Notes under the pieces: generated by a model
The model's database searches: none
Seen by the model: only the letters and a program-made list of their open reading frames with translations
Told to the model about the DNA's origin: nothing
Part shown: one piece after another, positions 17,108 through 26,241 of the stretch
Layout of the letters: every line of letters starts with the position of its first letter
Position numbering within the stretch: position 1 is the first letter of the stretch
Program-made: the position numbers and the translations under genes
Origin: an uncultured Actinomycetes bacterium
GTDB taxonomy: Bacteria; Actinomycetota; Thermoleophilia; Gaiellales; Gaiellaceae
Assembly: GCA_963774625.1 (NCBI GenBank)
Contig: CAVZFQ010000014.1
Location: 55,887-119,886, forward strand
Direction of reading: 5' to 3'
DNA length: 64,000 nt

Positions 17108-17183
17108 GTTTCTAGGTGCTACTCCCGTCGCGATTCCCTGACCGACGCGATATTGGGGGGCAGAGGTCACAAACGCAAGAGTT

Positions 17184-17213
17184 GCCGGAAAGGAAAACTG
17201 AGCAATTTCCGGC
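17184..17213. terminator. Hairpin downstream of the Lon/PDZ gene
   Basis: GCCGGAAA pairs with TTTCCGGC across a 14-nt loop, in a locally AT-richer spacer. Confidence 0.25.
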
Positions 17214-17243
17214 AGGTTCAAATTTACCGAAAGTTCACGTTTC

Positions 17244-18248
17244 CTACGAACTGCTCTCCAGTGTTGCCAGTGCCTGCAACGCCTGTCGAAAACTGTTCAC
17301 AGCGATCACCCGCAAGCCGCCTGCATGCCGCCGGGCCTCGCGTTCGTTATCCCCAGGCACCAGGAAGACATCCGCGCCGGCACGCCTGGCGCCGATCGTT
17401 TTCTGCTTGATTCCGCCGACAGGGCCCACGGAGCCGTCGAGTCGGAGCTCCCCGCTCGCGACAACCTTCCGGCCTCGGTCGACGTCTCGGCCCAACTCGT
17501 TGAGCACGTCGAGAGCAAAAGCGAGCCCGGCCGACGGGCCGCCGACTTCGCCGGTGTTGATGCGAACTCGAATCGGCAACTTCACGTCCGGCTCGTGGAT
17601 GAGGACGCCGATGAAAGGACGGTCGGGTACGTCCGGGTTCTTCGTCGTGCGGACGGCGACGGTGAGCGTTCGATTCCCCCGTTTCACGCGTAGGCGGACG
17701 GTCTCACCCGGCCGCTTGCGGGCGATGAGCGCGCGGAACTCGTCGGGACTCCGCGCGTCGTGTCCGTCCACTGCCACGACGAGGTCTTTCGGTCGGAGCT
17801 TTCCTGCCGCGGGGAAGTTTTTGACCGTCGACTCGATCAACGCTCCTCGTGGCACGATCTGGATCCGGTACCCGAGGGAGCGAAGCGCGACCGCAGCCGC
17901 GTACTCCTGCGACTGTTTCATCGAGGCCAGCTCGGCCCGCCGGTGCTGCTCCTCGTTCTCACCCGGTGCACGCACCTGGGAGACGTCGACCAGGGTCGCG
18001 CCCTCGCGCAGCCCGGGAATCAGCTTCTCGGCGATCGTCGCCTGGCGAACGTCCACGGCGACGTAATAGATGCCCCCGCCGTTCGAATCGGGTCGCTCGC
18101 CCTCCACGTCGACGAGCGGGGCCACGGCGCGCGCCTTGTCGGGCAGGAAGATGTACTCGTCCGAAGGCGCGAAGTAGAGGATGGCGACAACGGCCAAGAG
18201 GATGAGCCCCGCAGCAACTAGTCGCGCGGGGGTGAGGAAGCGCGCCAC
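17244..18248 (-). CDS. Membrane-anchored PDZ + Lon-protease-C-terminal (S16) domain protein (YlbL/SdrC-like)
   Basis: GTG 18248 gives VARFLTPARLVAAGLILLAVVAILYF (TM). A PDZ region follows, then GPSAGLAFALDV (Lon catalytic Ser) and GGIKQKT (Lys). Confidence 0.8.
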   Translation of the reverse strand: MARFLTPARLVAAGLILLAVVAILYFAPSDEYIFLPDKARAVAPLVDVEGERPDSNGGGIYYVAVDVRQATIAEKLIPGLREGATLVDVSQVRAPGENEEQHRRAELASMKQSQEYAAAVALRSLGYRIQIVPRGALIESTVKNFPAAGKLRPKDLVVAVDGHDARSPDEFRALIARKRPGETVRLRVKRGNRTLTVAVRTTKNPDVPDRPFIGVLIHEPDVKLPIRVRINTGEVGGPSAGLAFALDVLNELGRDVDRGRKVVASGELRLDGSVGPVGGIKQKTIGARRAGADVFLVPGDNEREARRHAGGLRVIAVNSFRQALQALATLESSS

Positions 18249-18294
18249 CTTCTCAGGATACGGAGAACGCTCCGCTCTGGTTCGCGGTTCGCGG

Positions 18295-19038
18295 TTACAG
18301 CAGCCCGCGTGTGAGGCCGCCGTCCACCGAGACCACCGAGCCGGTGACGTAGCCCCCCCGGTCGGACGCGAGGAAACACACGACGTCGGCAACTTCGCGA
18401 GTCCGGCCGAAGCGGCGGAGCGGGATGGCTGCCAGATCCTCGGGTTTCGGGCCCTCCGGGTAGACCTCGGCGAGCCTGGCGGTGTCGATGCGGCCCGGGG
18501 CGATCGAGTTGACCGTGATCCCGTCCGGCCCAACCTCGTGTGAGAGGGTCTTGGCCCAGCCCACGACTCCCGGGCGTACGGCGTTCGAGAGCGCGAGGTT
18601 CTCGATCGGCTCACGCACAGAGCTGGAGGTGATGTTCACGACCCGTCCGTGCCCGCTGCGGCGCAGCTCGGGAAGGCAGAGGTTCGTGAGTCGCACAGCG
18701 GAGACCAGCAGGAGCGCGACCGCGCCCTCCAGTAGCTCGTCGTCGATCGCCTCCGCGCTCGTGCGCGGCGGGCCGCCGCCGTTGTTGACGAGGATGTCGA
18801 TCCCGCCGAAGGCCGCGAGGGTGCGATCGACGAGGCGCTGGAGGTCGGCCGGGTTCGTCAGGTCGCCCCTGACGGCGAGCGCTCCGAGCCGCTCCGCTTC
18901 GCGCTCTAGGATCTCCCGGCGGCGGGCGAACATCGACACGTTCGCGCCTTCCTCGGCAAGCGCCTCCGCGATCGCGAGCCCGATCCCGGAGGAGGCTCCG
19001 CAGACGATTGCCGTCCTTCCCGAAAGTCCTAGATCCAT
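18295..19038 (-). CDS. Short-chain dehydrogenase/reductase (FabG-like)
   Basis: ATG 19038 gives MDLGLSGRTAIVCGASSGIGLAIA (TGxxxGxG). NNGG is present. Confidence 0.8.
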   Translation of the reverse strand: MDLGLSGRTAIVCGASSGIGLAIAEALAEEGANVSMFARRREILEREAERLGALAVRGDLTNPADLQRLVDRTLAAFGGIDILVNNGGGPPRTSAEAIDDELLEGAVALLLVSAVRLTNLCLPELRRSGHGRVVNITSSSVREPIENLALSNAVRPGVVGWAKTLSHEVGPDGITVNSIAPGRIDTARLAEVYPEGPKPEDLAAIPLRRFGRTREVADVVCFLASDRGGYVTGSVVSVDGGLTRGLL

Positions 19039-19201
19039 CCGAGCAGAATAGAAGGCCGCAGCCGGCGCGGCTCGGGCTCGTCGGGTGGCCGCTTGAAGAG
19101 CCCCTTTAATGGCACAGCCCACCTCCTCCCCGTCGCGATCGTACTGAGGAACCCCGCACGCCGCCGTCGCAGGACAGTGCCGGAAGCGGCACAGCCGGAA
19201 G

Positions 19202-20131
19202 CTACGAGCTGAGGACCCCCACGACCTCGCGCACGGCGCTTGCGGAGGCCTCGAGAGCCGTCCGCTCATCGTCTGTGAGGTCGAGCTCGATGATCGCCTC
19301 GATGCCCTGCGTGCCCAGCTTCGCCGGCACGCCCATGTAGAGCCCGTCGATGCCGTACTCGCCCTCGAGGTACGCCGTGCACGGGAGCACCCGCTTCTCG
19401 TCGAGCATGATCGCGTCGACCATCTGCGCGGAGGCTGCTCCCGGGGCGTACCACGCGGACGTGCCGAGGAGCTCTACGACCTCGCCGCCGCCCTTCGCCG
19501 TTCGCTCCACCATCTCCGCGATGCGTTCCGCGGAAACGAGCTTCGTCAGGGGCACGCCGCCGACAGTCGTCGCCGAGACGACGGACACCATCTGGTCTCC
19601 GTGTCCGCCCAGGACGACCGCCTGCACATCCTTGACCGACGCTCCCGTCTCCCAGGCGATGAACGCCCGGAAGCGCGCGGTGTCGAGAATCCCAGCCTGT
19701 CCGAACACGCGCTCTTTCGGGAAGCCGGACACGCTCTTGGCTACATGGCACATCGCGTCCAGAGGGTTGGAGACGACGATCAGGACGGAGTCGGGCGATT
19801 GCGCGACCACCTGCTCGGTGACGGAGCCGACGATCGACTCGTTCTTTGTCACCAGGTCGTCGCGTGACATCCCGGGCCCGCGCGGGAGGCCGGCTGTGAT
19901 GACGACGACCTCCGAGCCCGCGGTCGGCTCGTAGGAGGTCGAGCCCGTCACGTTCGGCTCGTAGCCGAGAACGGCGCCGGCCTGGTTGATGTCGAGCGCC
20001 TTGCCCTCGGGGAGGCCTTCCTTGATGTCCACGACGACCACGTCGGCGTAATCGCGCCGCGCGAGCTCTTGCACGCACGTGGCGCCGACGTTCCCGGCTC
20101 CGACGACGGTGACCTTACGGCGTTCGCTCAT
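19202..20131 (-). CDS. mdh: Malate dehydrogenase (LDH-like family)
   Basis: The 309-aa ORF carries KVTVVGAGNVGATCV, ITAGLPRGPGMSRDDL and GGHGDQMV. Confidence 0.9.
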   Translation of the reverse strand: MSERRKVTVVGAGNVGATCVQELARRDYADVVVVDIKEGLPEGKALDINQAGAVLGYEPNVTGSTSYEPTAGSEVVVITAGLPRGPGMSRDDLVTKNESIVGSVTEQVVAQSPDSVLIVVSNPLDAMCHVAKSVSGFPKERVFGQAGILDTARFRAFIAWETGASVKDVQAVVLGGHGDQMVSVVSATTVGGVPLTKLVSAERIAEMVERTAKGGGEVVELLGTSAWYAPGAASAQMVDAIMLDEKRVLPCTAYLEGEYGIDGLYMGVPAKLGTQGIEAIIELDLTDDERTALEASASAVREVVGVLSS

Positions 20132-21219
20132 CAGACCCGCACCCCCAGCTTCTCGATGATTGCGTCTGCGACGTCACTCGTCCCGACCGCGCTGGGGTCG
20201 TCGCGTGAAGGCTTCATGTCGTACGTCACGCTCTTGCCCTCGGCGATCACGTCCGCGATCGCGCCCTCGAGCCGGTCGGCGGCGTCTTCCTCCTCCAGAT
20301 GGCGGAGCATCAGCACGCCGGAGAGCATCATCGCCATCGGGTTGACCTTGTTCTGGCCGGCGTACTTCGGCGCCGACCCGTGTGTGGGCTCGAAAACCGC
20401 GGCCTCGGTCCCGAAGTTCCCGCCGGGCGCGAGGCCGAGGCCGCCGATGAGCCCGGCGGCGAGGTCGGAGACGATGTCGCCGTAGAGGTTCGGCAGCACG
20501 AGGACGTCGTACTCCTCGGGCCGCTGCACGAGCTGCATGCAGAGGTTGTCGACGATGCGGTCCTCGAACTCGATGTCCGAGTTCTGCTCGGCAACCTCAC
20601 GGGAGATCTGCAGCCAGAGCCCGTCGGTGAACTTCATGATGTTCGCCTTGTGGACCGACGTCACCTTGCGGCGGCCGAGCCGACGCGCGTAGTCGAACGC
20701 AAACTCCAGGATCCGGCGCGTACCCTCGATGGAGATTGGCTTGATCGAGATGCCGGCCTCGTCGCGCAGCACACCGCCGCGCGCTCGGATCCACTCGGTG
20801 AGCTCGCGAGCTTCCTCGGAACCGACCTCGTATTCGATGCCCGCGTAGAGATCCTCGGTCGCCTCCCGCACGATCACGAGATCGACGTCCTCGTACCGTG
20901 AGCGAACGCCTCGGTAGCTCTTGCACGGCCGCACCTGGCCATAGAGATCGAGCCCTTTGCGGAGCGCGACGTTCACCGACCGGAACCCGACGCCCACCGG
21001 GGTCGTGATCGGCCCCTTGATCGCGACGCCGCTCTCTCTGATCGCGTCCAGAACGTGGTCGGGCAGCGGGTTCCCGCCGTGCTGATCCATGACGTCGCTG
21101 CCCGCGTGTTGCACGTCCCAGTCGAACTCGACGCCGGTCGCCTCGAGCACGCGCCGAGTCGCCTCGGACAGCTCTGGACCGGTTCCGTCGCCCGGGATGA
21201 GAGTTACGCGGTGAGCCAT
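20131..21219 (-). CDS. icd: Isocitrate dehydrogenase (beta-decarboxylating dehydrogenase family, IDH3/IPMDH-like)
   Basis: The 362-aa ORF carries [12 protein letters not shown] and [25 protein letters not shown]. The TCA context favours isocitrate, although homoisocitrate or isopropylmalate are not excluded. It overlaps the mdh start by 1 nt (TGATG). Confidence 0.75.
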   Translation of the reverse strand: MAHRVTLIPGDGTGPELSEATRRVLEATGVEFDWDVQHAGSDVMDQHGGNPLPDHVLDAIRESGVAIKGPITTPVGVGFRSVNVALRKGLDLYGQVRPCKSYRGVRSRYEDVDLVIVREATEDLYAGIEYEVGSEEARELTEWIRARGGVLRDEAGISIKPISIEGTRRILEFAFDYARRLGRRKVTSVHKANIMKFTDGLWLQISREVAEQNSDIEFEDRIVDNLCMQLVQRPEEYDVLVLPNLYGDIVSDLAAGLIGGLGLAPGGNFGTEAAVFEPTHGSAPKYAGQNKVNPMAMMLSGVLMLRHLEEEDAADRLEGAIADVIAEGKSVTYDMKPSRDDPSAVGTSDVADAIIEKLGVRV

Positions 21220-21281
21220 GCCGCGGCGATGCTACCGCCAGCGACTGCCCGGGAAGCGGTTCTCCTCGCGACGGCGACCGG

Positions 21282-21776
21282 TCAATCCTTCTCCGAGCCG
21301 AGCCACGCCCAGGGTTGTTCGGGATCGAACCCGAGACGGCGCTGGCGCAGGAGGAGCTCGTCGTCCCGGGCCAGGCGGCGCCGAATCGCAGCAAGTCCGA
21401 CGATTGTTCCGGCCAGGAAGCCCGCGACTCCTCCCACCAGAAGGGTTTGCGAGTCGTTCGTCAGGGTGTCCAGATCGACGAGGGTCACGGCCAGCACGCC
21501 GGCCACGGCGCTGATCGGCACGAGCAGGCGTGCCACTTTCGCAGACACGGGAATGGCCGGGCTCAGCGCGAAGAGCGCGACTGCGAGGATGAAGCCCGCG
21601 CCCACTCCGGCTGCCGCGCGAGGAACATCCTGCGCGAACGCGACGGCGGCCATGCCGACGGCCGCGAGGGCGAGCCCGCTGTACAGAACCACGACCATTC
21701 GGCGCGTACGTTGGAAGAACGCGGCTCGCATCTGAGCGACGTCCCGATCTCCAGCGTCTGCCATCGGCAAGGGCAT
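21282..21776 (-). CDS. Hypothetical polytopic membrane protein
   Basis: The hydrophobic ORF has about 4 predicted TM segments by eye. The start was chosen at ATG 21776 and I recognise no family. Confidence 0.5.
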   Translation of the reverse strand: MPLPMADAGDRDVAQMRAAFFQRTRRMVVVLYSGLALAAVGMAAVAFAQDVPRAAAGVGAGFILAVALFALSPAIPVSAKVARLLVPISAVAGVLAVTLVDLDTLTNDSQTLLVGGVAGFLAGTIVGLAAIRRRLARDDELLLRQRRLGFDPEQPWAWLGSEKD

Positions 21777-21817
21777 TCCCGCCCAGCGGGTTCCTAAGCT
21801 CGTCGCTCTAATGACAG

Positions 21818-22951
21818 GTGGCGGCAACTCGACCTATAGATTTCCGGCAGATGAACGACTTCAAGCCAGGGCTCGAGGGCGTTGTCGCGTTCCAGACCGA
21901 GATCGCCGAGCCCGACAGGGAAGGCGGTGCCCTCCGGTATCGCGGCGTCGACATCGAGGAGCTCGTCGGCCAGGTGCCGTACGAAAAGGTGTGGGGCCTC
22001 CTCGTGGACGAGAGCCTCGAGCCGGGCATGCCCGATCCGGAGCCGTACGAGCCGGCGAGCCTGACCGGGAACGCGCCGTCCGACCTCCAGGCGGAGACGG
22101 CGCGGCTCTCGAGTGTCTGGAACCTGCAGAAGATCGTCGACATCGAGGACCTGCAGGCCCGAAACGATCTCGCCAGGCTGTCGGCACAGATGATGTCGAT
22201 CGTGGCCAAGTCGGCCGCTGTGCACGACGGGCGGGACCCCGCTCCCGACCAGGTAGTCGCGCAAGGCGAGACAGCCGCCGAGAAGTTCCTCCTGCGGTGG
22301 CGTGGGGATGCCGACCCGGATCACGTGAAGGCGATCGACACCTACTGGCTCTGCACAGCCGAACATGGCCTGAACGCCTCGACCTTCACCGCGCGGATCA
22401 CGACTTCCACGGGCGCGGACGCCGGCGCGGCGATGTCAGCCGCGGTCGGGGCCCTGAGCGGGCCGCTCCACGGCGGCGCGCCGGCCAGGGTGTTGCCGAT
22501 GCTCGACGAGGTCGCCAGGACGGGCGACCCCGAGAGTTACGTCAAGGATCTTCTCGACCGCAAGGGCCTGATCATGGGGTTCGGCCATCGCGTCTACCGG
22601 GCTGAAGATCCGCGTTCGCGCATCCTCAAGCGCACGGCGAAGGAGCTCGGGTCTCCGCGCTTCGAAGTTGCAGAGGCGCTCGAGGAAGCTGCGCTGGCGG
22701 AGCTGCACAACCGCAAGCCCGACTACGTGATCGCCACCAACGTCGAGTTCTACTCCGCCGTCGTGCTCGATGCCGCAGACGTGCCTCCCGACCTGACCCC
22801 CGCGATGTTCGCGTGTGCGCGCGTCGCCGGCTGGTCGGCCCACATCCTCGAGGAGAAGAGGACGGGCCGGCTCATCAGGCCCTCAGCGCAGTACATCGGC
22901 CCCGACAGCCGTCCGTTGTCGGAGCTGGGCGGCGCACCGGTCCCGAGTTGA
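21818..22951 (+). CDS. gltA: Citrate synthase (short, about 370-aa type)
   Basis: GLEGVVAFQTEI, GPLHGGA and GFGHRVYRAEDPR are present. The start is either GTG 21818 or ATG 21851. Confidence 0.9.
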   Translation: MAATRPIDFRQMNDFKPGLEGVVAFQTEIAEPDREGGALRYRGVDIEELVGQVPYEKVWGLLVDESLEPGMPDPEPYEPASLTGNAPSDLQAETARLSSVWNLQKIVDIEDLQARNDLARLSAQMMSIVAKSAAVHDGRDPAPDQVVAQGETAAEKFLLRWRGDADPDHVKAIDTYWLCTAEHGLNASTFTARITTSTGADAGAAMSAAVGALSGPLHGGAPARVLPMLDEVARTGDPESYVKDLLDRKGLIMGFGHRVYRAEDPRSRILKRTAKELGSPRFEVAEALEEAALAELHNRKPDYVIATNVEFYSAVVLDAADVPPDLTPAMFACARVAGWSAHILEEKRTGRLIRPSAQYIGPDSRPLSELGGAPVPS

Positions 22952-23445
22952 CCCTGGTCGAGGCGGCAGCCGAAGCCGCCTCGCTTGCCGAGCGAGGTGA
23001 GGAGCGCGAGCTCGCGACCCTGCGGACGAAATGGCAGGACGAGGTCGAGGGGGCGGCGCGCTCGGCCGACTACCGGGAGCGCGCGGTCGCGTATCGGGCG
23101 ATTGGCCAGTTCCGCTATCGCCAGAAGATCGAGCTGCTGGGGCGGGGCCTCCAGGACGAGAGCCCGGCGTGCCGCGGGTCGGCGCTGATCTCGCTGGAGC
23201 TCCTGTCTCGCGACGCACCAGGGGTGGTCAACGGTGTGCGCTCGGCTCTCCACGAGCTGGCGAGCCACGATGACAACCAGGCCGTGCGCCGGCTTGCCAT
23301 CCTCTGCCTGAGTCACGGGTCGCCGCAGCGGGAGACGATCTTGCTGCTGAATGCGCTCGCAGACGACGACGAGCAGGACCGCGAGCTACGGGCCGCAGCG
23401 CGGAAGATCGCGGAGCAGCTCAGAAAGAAGGGCGCGACGCGTTAG
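22948..23445 (+). CDS. HEAT-repeat-like hypothetical protein
   Basis: TTG 22948 overlaps the gltA TGA (TTGA). The sequence has a repetitive helical A/L/R-rich pattern (..DESPACRGSALISLELL.., ..DNQAVRRLAILCL..). Confidence 0.45.
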   Translation: MTLVEAAAEAASLAERGEERELATLRTKWQDEVEGAARSADYRERAVAYRAIGQFRYRQKIELLGRGLQDESPACRGSALISLELLSRDAPGVVNGVRSALHELASHDDNQAVRRLAILCLSHGSPQRETILLLNALADDDEQDRELRAAARKIAEQLRKKGATR

Positions 23446-23449
23446 GAAC

Positions 23450-23608
23450 TCAGTCGGAGCAGGAGCACGGCTGACGGCCGCACGACGGGCATCTGGTTCG
23501 CCGCTTCCAGACGAGCATGCCCTTACCGACTCCGCTCATGATCATCAGGTAGCCGGCGCTCGTCGTCAGCGCAAAGAGGAGCACCATCTGAGGGTCGAGA
23601 GGAGTCAT
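23450..23608 (-). CDS. 52-aa TM micro-protein with a C-terminal CPSCG..C.C cluster
   Basis: The ORF reads MTPLDPQMVLLFALTTSAGYLMIMSGVGKGMLVWKRRTRCPSCGRQPCSCSD*. A weak AGGA lies upstream. It fills an otherwise empty 230-nt gap. Confidence 0.35.
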   Translation of the reverse strand: MTPLDPQMVLLFALTTSAGYLMIMSGVGKGMLVWKRRTRCPSCGRQPCSCSD

Positions 23609-23674
23609 TGCCCTGGTCCTTGCCATCGGCGTCCCAGGGGAAACCCTTGAACTCGTCCGAGCTACGAGCAGGGT

Positions 23675-24577
23675 TTACTTGCGGCGCTGTCGGCGGGCGT
23701 GGGGATGCGCCGCGAAGTAGGCGTCTTTCCGCCGGCGATCGCTCACGTGCGTGTACAGCTCGGTCGTGGCGAGGTCGGCGTGGCCGAGCATCTCCTGGAC
23801 GCTCCTCAGGTCGGCGCCGCCCTCGAGCAGATGCGTTGCGAAGGAGTGGCGCAGGAGGTGTGGATGCACGCGCCCGGGCTCGAGTCCCGCTTTCTCAGCG
23901 AGACGGCGGAGGATCAGGAAGGCACCGGCGCGTGTGAGCCCGCCGCCCTGCGCGTTCAGGAAGAGCTCGGGCCGGTGGCGTCGATCGAGAAACGGCCGGC
24001 CGCGAGCGAGGTAGCGACGGAGTGCGTCCACTGCCTGGCGCCCGAGGGGCACGATCCGTTCCTTGTCGCCCTTGCCCGTGGCGCGGACGAGACGTCCCTC
24101 GAGGTCGACACCGCCTCGCTCGAGCCCGACCGCTTCGCTGACCCGCAAGCCTGCGCCGTAGAGGAGCTCGACGAGGGCTCGATCGCGCAAGGCTCGGGGG
24201 GTCGTTCCCTGCGCGGCTTCCACGAGCCGCTCCGCCTCACCGGGCGAGAGCGTGCGTGGCAGCCGCCGTGTCCTTTTCGGGAGCCCGACGTCGGCCGCCG
24301 GGTTGTCAGAGCGTGCACCGATCAGGACCTGGTGCCGGAGAAAGGAGCGCAGCGCTGCCGCTCGACGCGCGATCGTCGTGGACGCGAGGCCCTGCGCCCG
24401 GAGATCGGCGAGGTAGCGCTCGACGTCTCCTCGCTGCACGTCGGCCATAGGCTTCCCGAACCAATCGCCGAACGCGATCAGGTCGCGCCGGTACGCCTCG
24501 ATCGTGCGGGGCGCCAGGCGGGCGGCGGACACCGCCAGGTACCGCGTGACTTCAGGATCGAGGGTGCGAGCGGTCAT
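23675..24577 (-). CDS. Tyrosine recombinase, XerD-like
   Basis: The ORF starts at ATG 24577. It carries LYGAGLRVSEAVGL (Arg I), HLLRHSFATHLLEGGADLR (H-x-x-R) and LGHADLATTELYTH (His/Tyr). Confidence 0.85.
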   Translation of the reverse strand: MTARTLDPEVTRYLAVSAARLAPRTIEAYRRDLIAFGDWFGKPMADVQRGDVERYLADLRAQGLASTTIARRAAALRSFLRHQVLIGARSDNPAADVGLPKRTRRLPRTLSPGEAERLVEAAQGTTPRALRDRALVELLYGAGLRVSEAVGLERGGVDLEGRLVRATGKGDKERIVPLGRQAVDALRRYLARGRPFLDRRHRPELFLNAQGGGLTRAGAFLILRRLAEKAGLEPGRVHPHLLRHSFATHLLEGGADLRSVQEMLGHADLATTELYTHVSDRRRKDAYFAAHPHARRQRRK

Positions 24578-25409
24578 AAACGCGGCGCAGGCGCCGTCCG
24601 TCGACGTGGCTGTAGACCTGGGTGGTCGAGAGCGAGCTGTGGCCAAGGAGCTCCTGGATCACGCGGAGGTCGGCGCCACCCTCGAGGAGGTGCGTCGCGA
24701 ACGCGTGGCGCAGGCGGTGGGGGTGGGGGAGGAGCCTGCGAAGCGTGCTCGTGTCGAGTCGCCGTCCGCGGATAGAGAGGAAGACCGCGTCGACGGCGCC
24801 GTTCGCGAGCTGCGGCCGGCCGTCCTCGAGATACCGGCGCACCCGGTAGGCGGCCTCCTCACCGAGCGGCACGACGCGTTCCTTGTCGCCCTTACCGCGC
24901 ACACGGACGGCCTCCTGCTCGAAGTCGACGTCGGCGAGGTCGAGGCCGACGGCTTCCGCGCTGCGCAGCCCGGCGGAGTAGACGAGCTCGACGAGCGCAC
25001 GGTTGCGAAGCGCGAGGGGATCGTCGCCCTCGAGGGCCTCGAGCACCGCATCGACCTCGGCCGCTTTCGGGGCATCGGGGAGCCTGCGCCCCTTGCGCGG
25101 GGCGAACGAGCCTTCCGGCACGCGCGCAGGACCGAGGGCGAAGCGAAGCAGAGCGCGGACCGCGGCCAGTTTCCGCGCGATCGTCGCGGGCGCGAGCTTG
25201 CGAGGCTCCCGCCCCGGGCGTCCGGCGGCCAGCGCGGCCGCATAGGCGGCGAGCGTCGAGGTCTCGACATCGTCGAGCGCGAGCCCCGTGGCGTGGAGCC
25301 AGGAATTGAACTCGGCGACGTCGGATCGGTACGCGCGGCGGGTCGCGTCCGAGAACGAGGCGTCGTCAAGGAAGCGGTCGATGACGGTGCGATCCGACAC
25401 ACGGGCCAC
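24552..25409 (-). CDS. Tyrosine recombinase, XerC-like
   Basis: The 285-aa ORF carries VYSAGLRSAEAVGL, HRLRHAFATHLLEGGADLR and LGHSSLSTTQVYSH. Its 3' end overlaps the next recombinase start by 26 nt. Confidence 0.85.
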   Translation of the reverse strand: MARVSDRTVIDRFLDDASFSDATRRAYRSDVAEFNSWLHATGLALDDVETSTLAAYAAALAAGRPGREPRKLAPATIARKLAAVRALLRFALGPARVPEGSFAPRKGRRLPDAPKAAEVDAVLEALEGDDPLALRNRALVELVYSAGLRSAEAVGLDLADVDFEQEAVRVRGKGDKERVVPLGEEAAYRVRRYLEDGRPQLANGAVDAVFLSIRGRRLDTSTLRRLLPHPHRLRHAFATHLLEGGADLRVIQELLGHSSLSTTQVYSHVDGRRLRRVYDRSHPRS

Positions 25410-25440
25410 TTCGCTTCGCCCGGGCCTTCGCCTGCCTCGT

Positions 25441-25500
25441 CGCTTGTAACTACTGTAACCTGTCTGTTGTGTTCATTAGTAAATGCAGTTGACAGAAGGA
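25441..25500. promoter_or_regulatory. AT-rich divergent intergenic region with TGTAAC direct repeats
   Basis: TGTAAC occurs at 25445-25450 and 25454-25459 (9-bp register), followed by TGTCTGTTGTGTTCATTAGTAAATG. This is the lowest-GC stretch in the neighbourhood. Confidence 0.25.
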
Positions 25501-25505
25501 GAGCC

Positions 25506-26240
25506 TTGGCCCCCCTAGGGCGAATCCTCGTCAGCACCGCGCTTGTACTCGTCTTCGTCGCGTTCGCCGTGGGAACCGCAGCGGCGAAAAAAGGTGGACC
25601 GCCTCCCGCGACGACCACGCTTCAAGGAGAGAACCTCGTCGCGCCCTTCTCCGGGTTGACCGTCACCTCGAACTGCGATCAGGTCGGCAACTCGACCGTC
25701 GGGTATCACGCGGAAGGCGACGCATCCGGGCCGTATCCCGGCACCTTCGTCGCCGACGGGACGATCACCATCGGCCCGCAAACGGCTCCCGCCCGGCCCC
25801 CGACCATCGACAGCGAAGGAACGTTCATGGGGCCGATCCTGACCCTCACCGAGACGTTCACGATCCTCTCCGGCACGACGACGATCACCGGGTCGAAGCA
25901 GCTGACCGCGCCGATCACAGGCGAGCAGGAGCGGGCCACGTGCCAGAACCTGACCTTCTTCGGCGGCATAACGGGCGCCGGCCGAATCATCGAGGTCGAG
26001 GCCGCCACCACCTACGAGGCGACGATCAACGAGCCCGCGGGTACGTCCACCGACACAGGCCGCGCAACACCGGTCTTGACCCTGGTCGAGATCACGGGCT
26101 CCTGTCCCGCCGGGCCGTTCTGCAGCTCAAACAGCGGCAGCTTCGACCAGCTCTTCACGCTCTCGGACCAGGTGGCAGCACCTTGTGACGAGGACGATCA
26201 AGGCGACGACGAGTGCGAGGACGAGGACGACGACGACTGA
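25506..26240 (+). CDS. Secreted hypothetical protein with an acidic Cys-containing tail
   Basis: AAGGAG lies 4 nt before TTG 25506. The signal/TM reads LAPLGRILVSTALVLVFVAFAVGTAAA and the C-terminus is ..APCDEDDQGDDECEDEDDDD*. The upstream part of the 578-aa track ORF is antisense to xerC. Confidence 0.6.
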   Translation: MAPLGRILVSTALVLVFVAFAVGTAAAKKGGPPPATTTLQGENLVAPFSGLTVTSNCDQVGNSTVGYHAEGDASGPYPGTFVADGTITIGPQTAPARPPTIDSEGTFMGPILTLTETFTILSGTTTITGSKQLTAPITGEQERATCQNLTFFGGITGAGRIIEVEAATTYEATINEPAGTSTDTGRATPVLTLVEITGSCPAGPFCSSNSGSFDQLFTLSDQVAAPCDEDDQGDDECEDEDDDD

Positions 26241-26241
26241 G

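Noticed and set aside
25489-25494. Perfect TTGACA -35 hexamer
   Set aside because: It lies only 12 nt upstream of the chosen start codon, inside or next to the SD, and no suitably spaced -10 element follows. It is probably fortuitous.
24504-25505. N-terminal 334 codons of the 578-aa plus-strand ORF
   Set aside because: This part is antisense to the XerC-like gene and Arg/Glu/Gly-rich. A convincing SD, TTG and signal peptide occur at 25506, so only the distal part is called.
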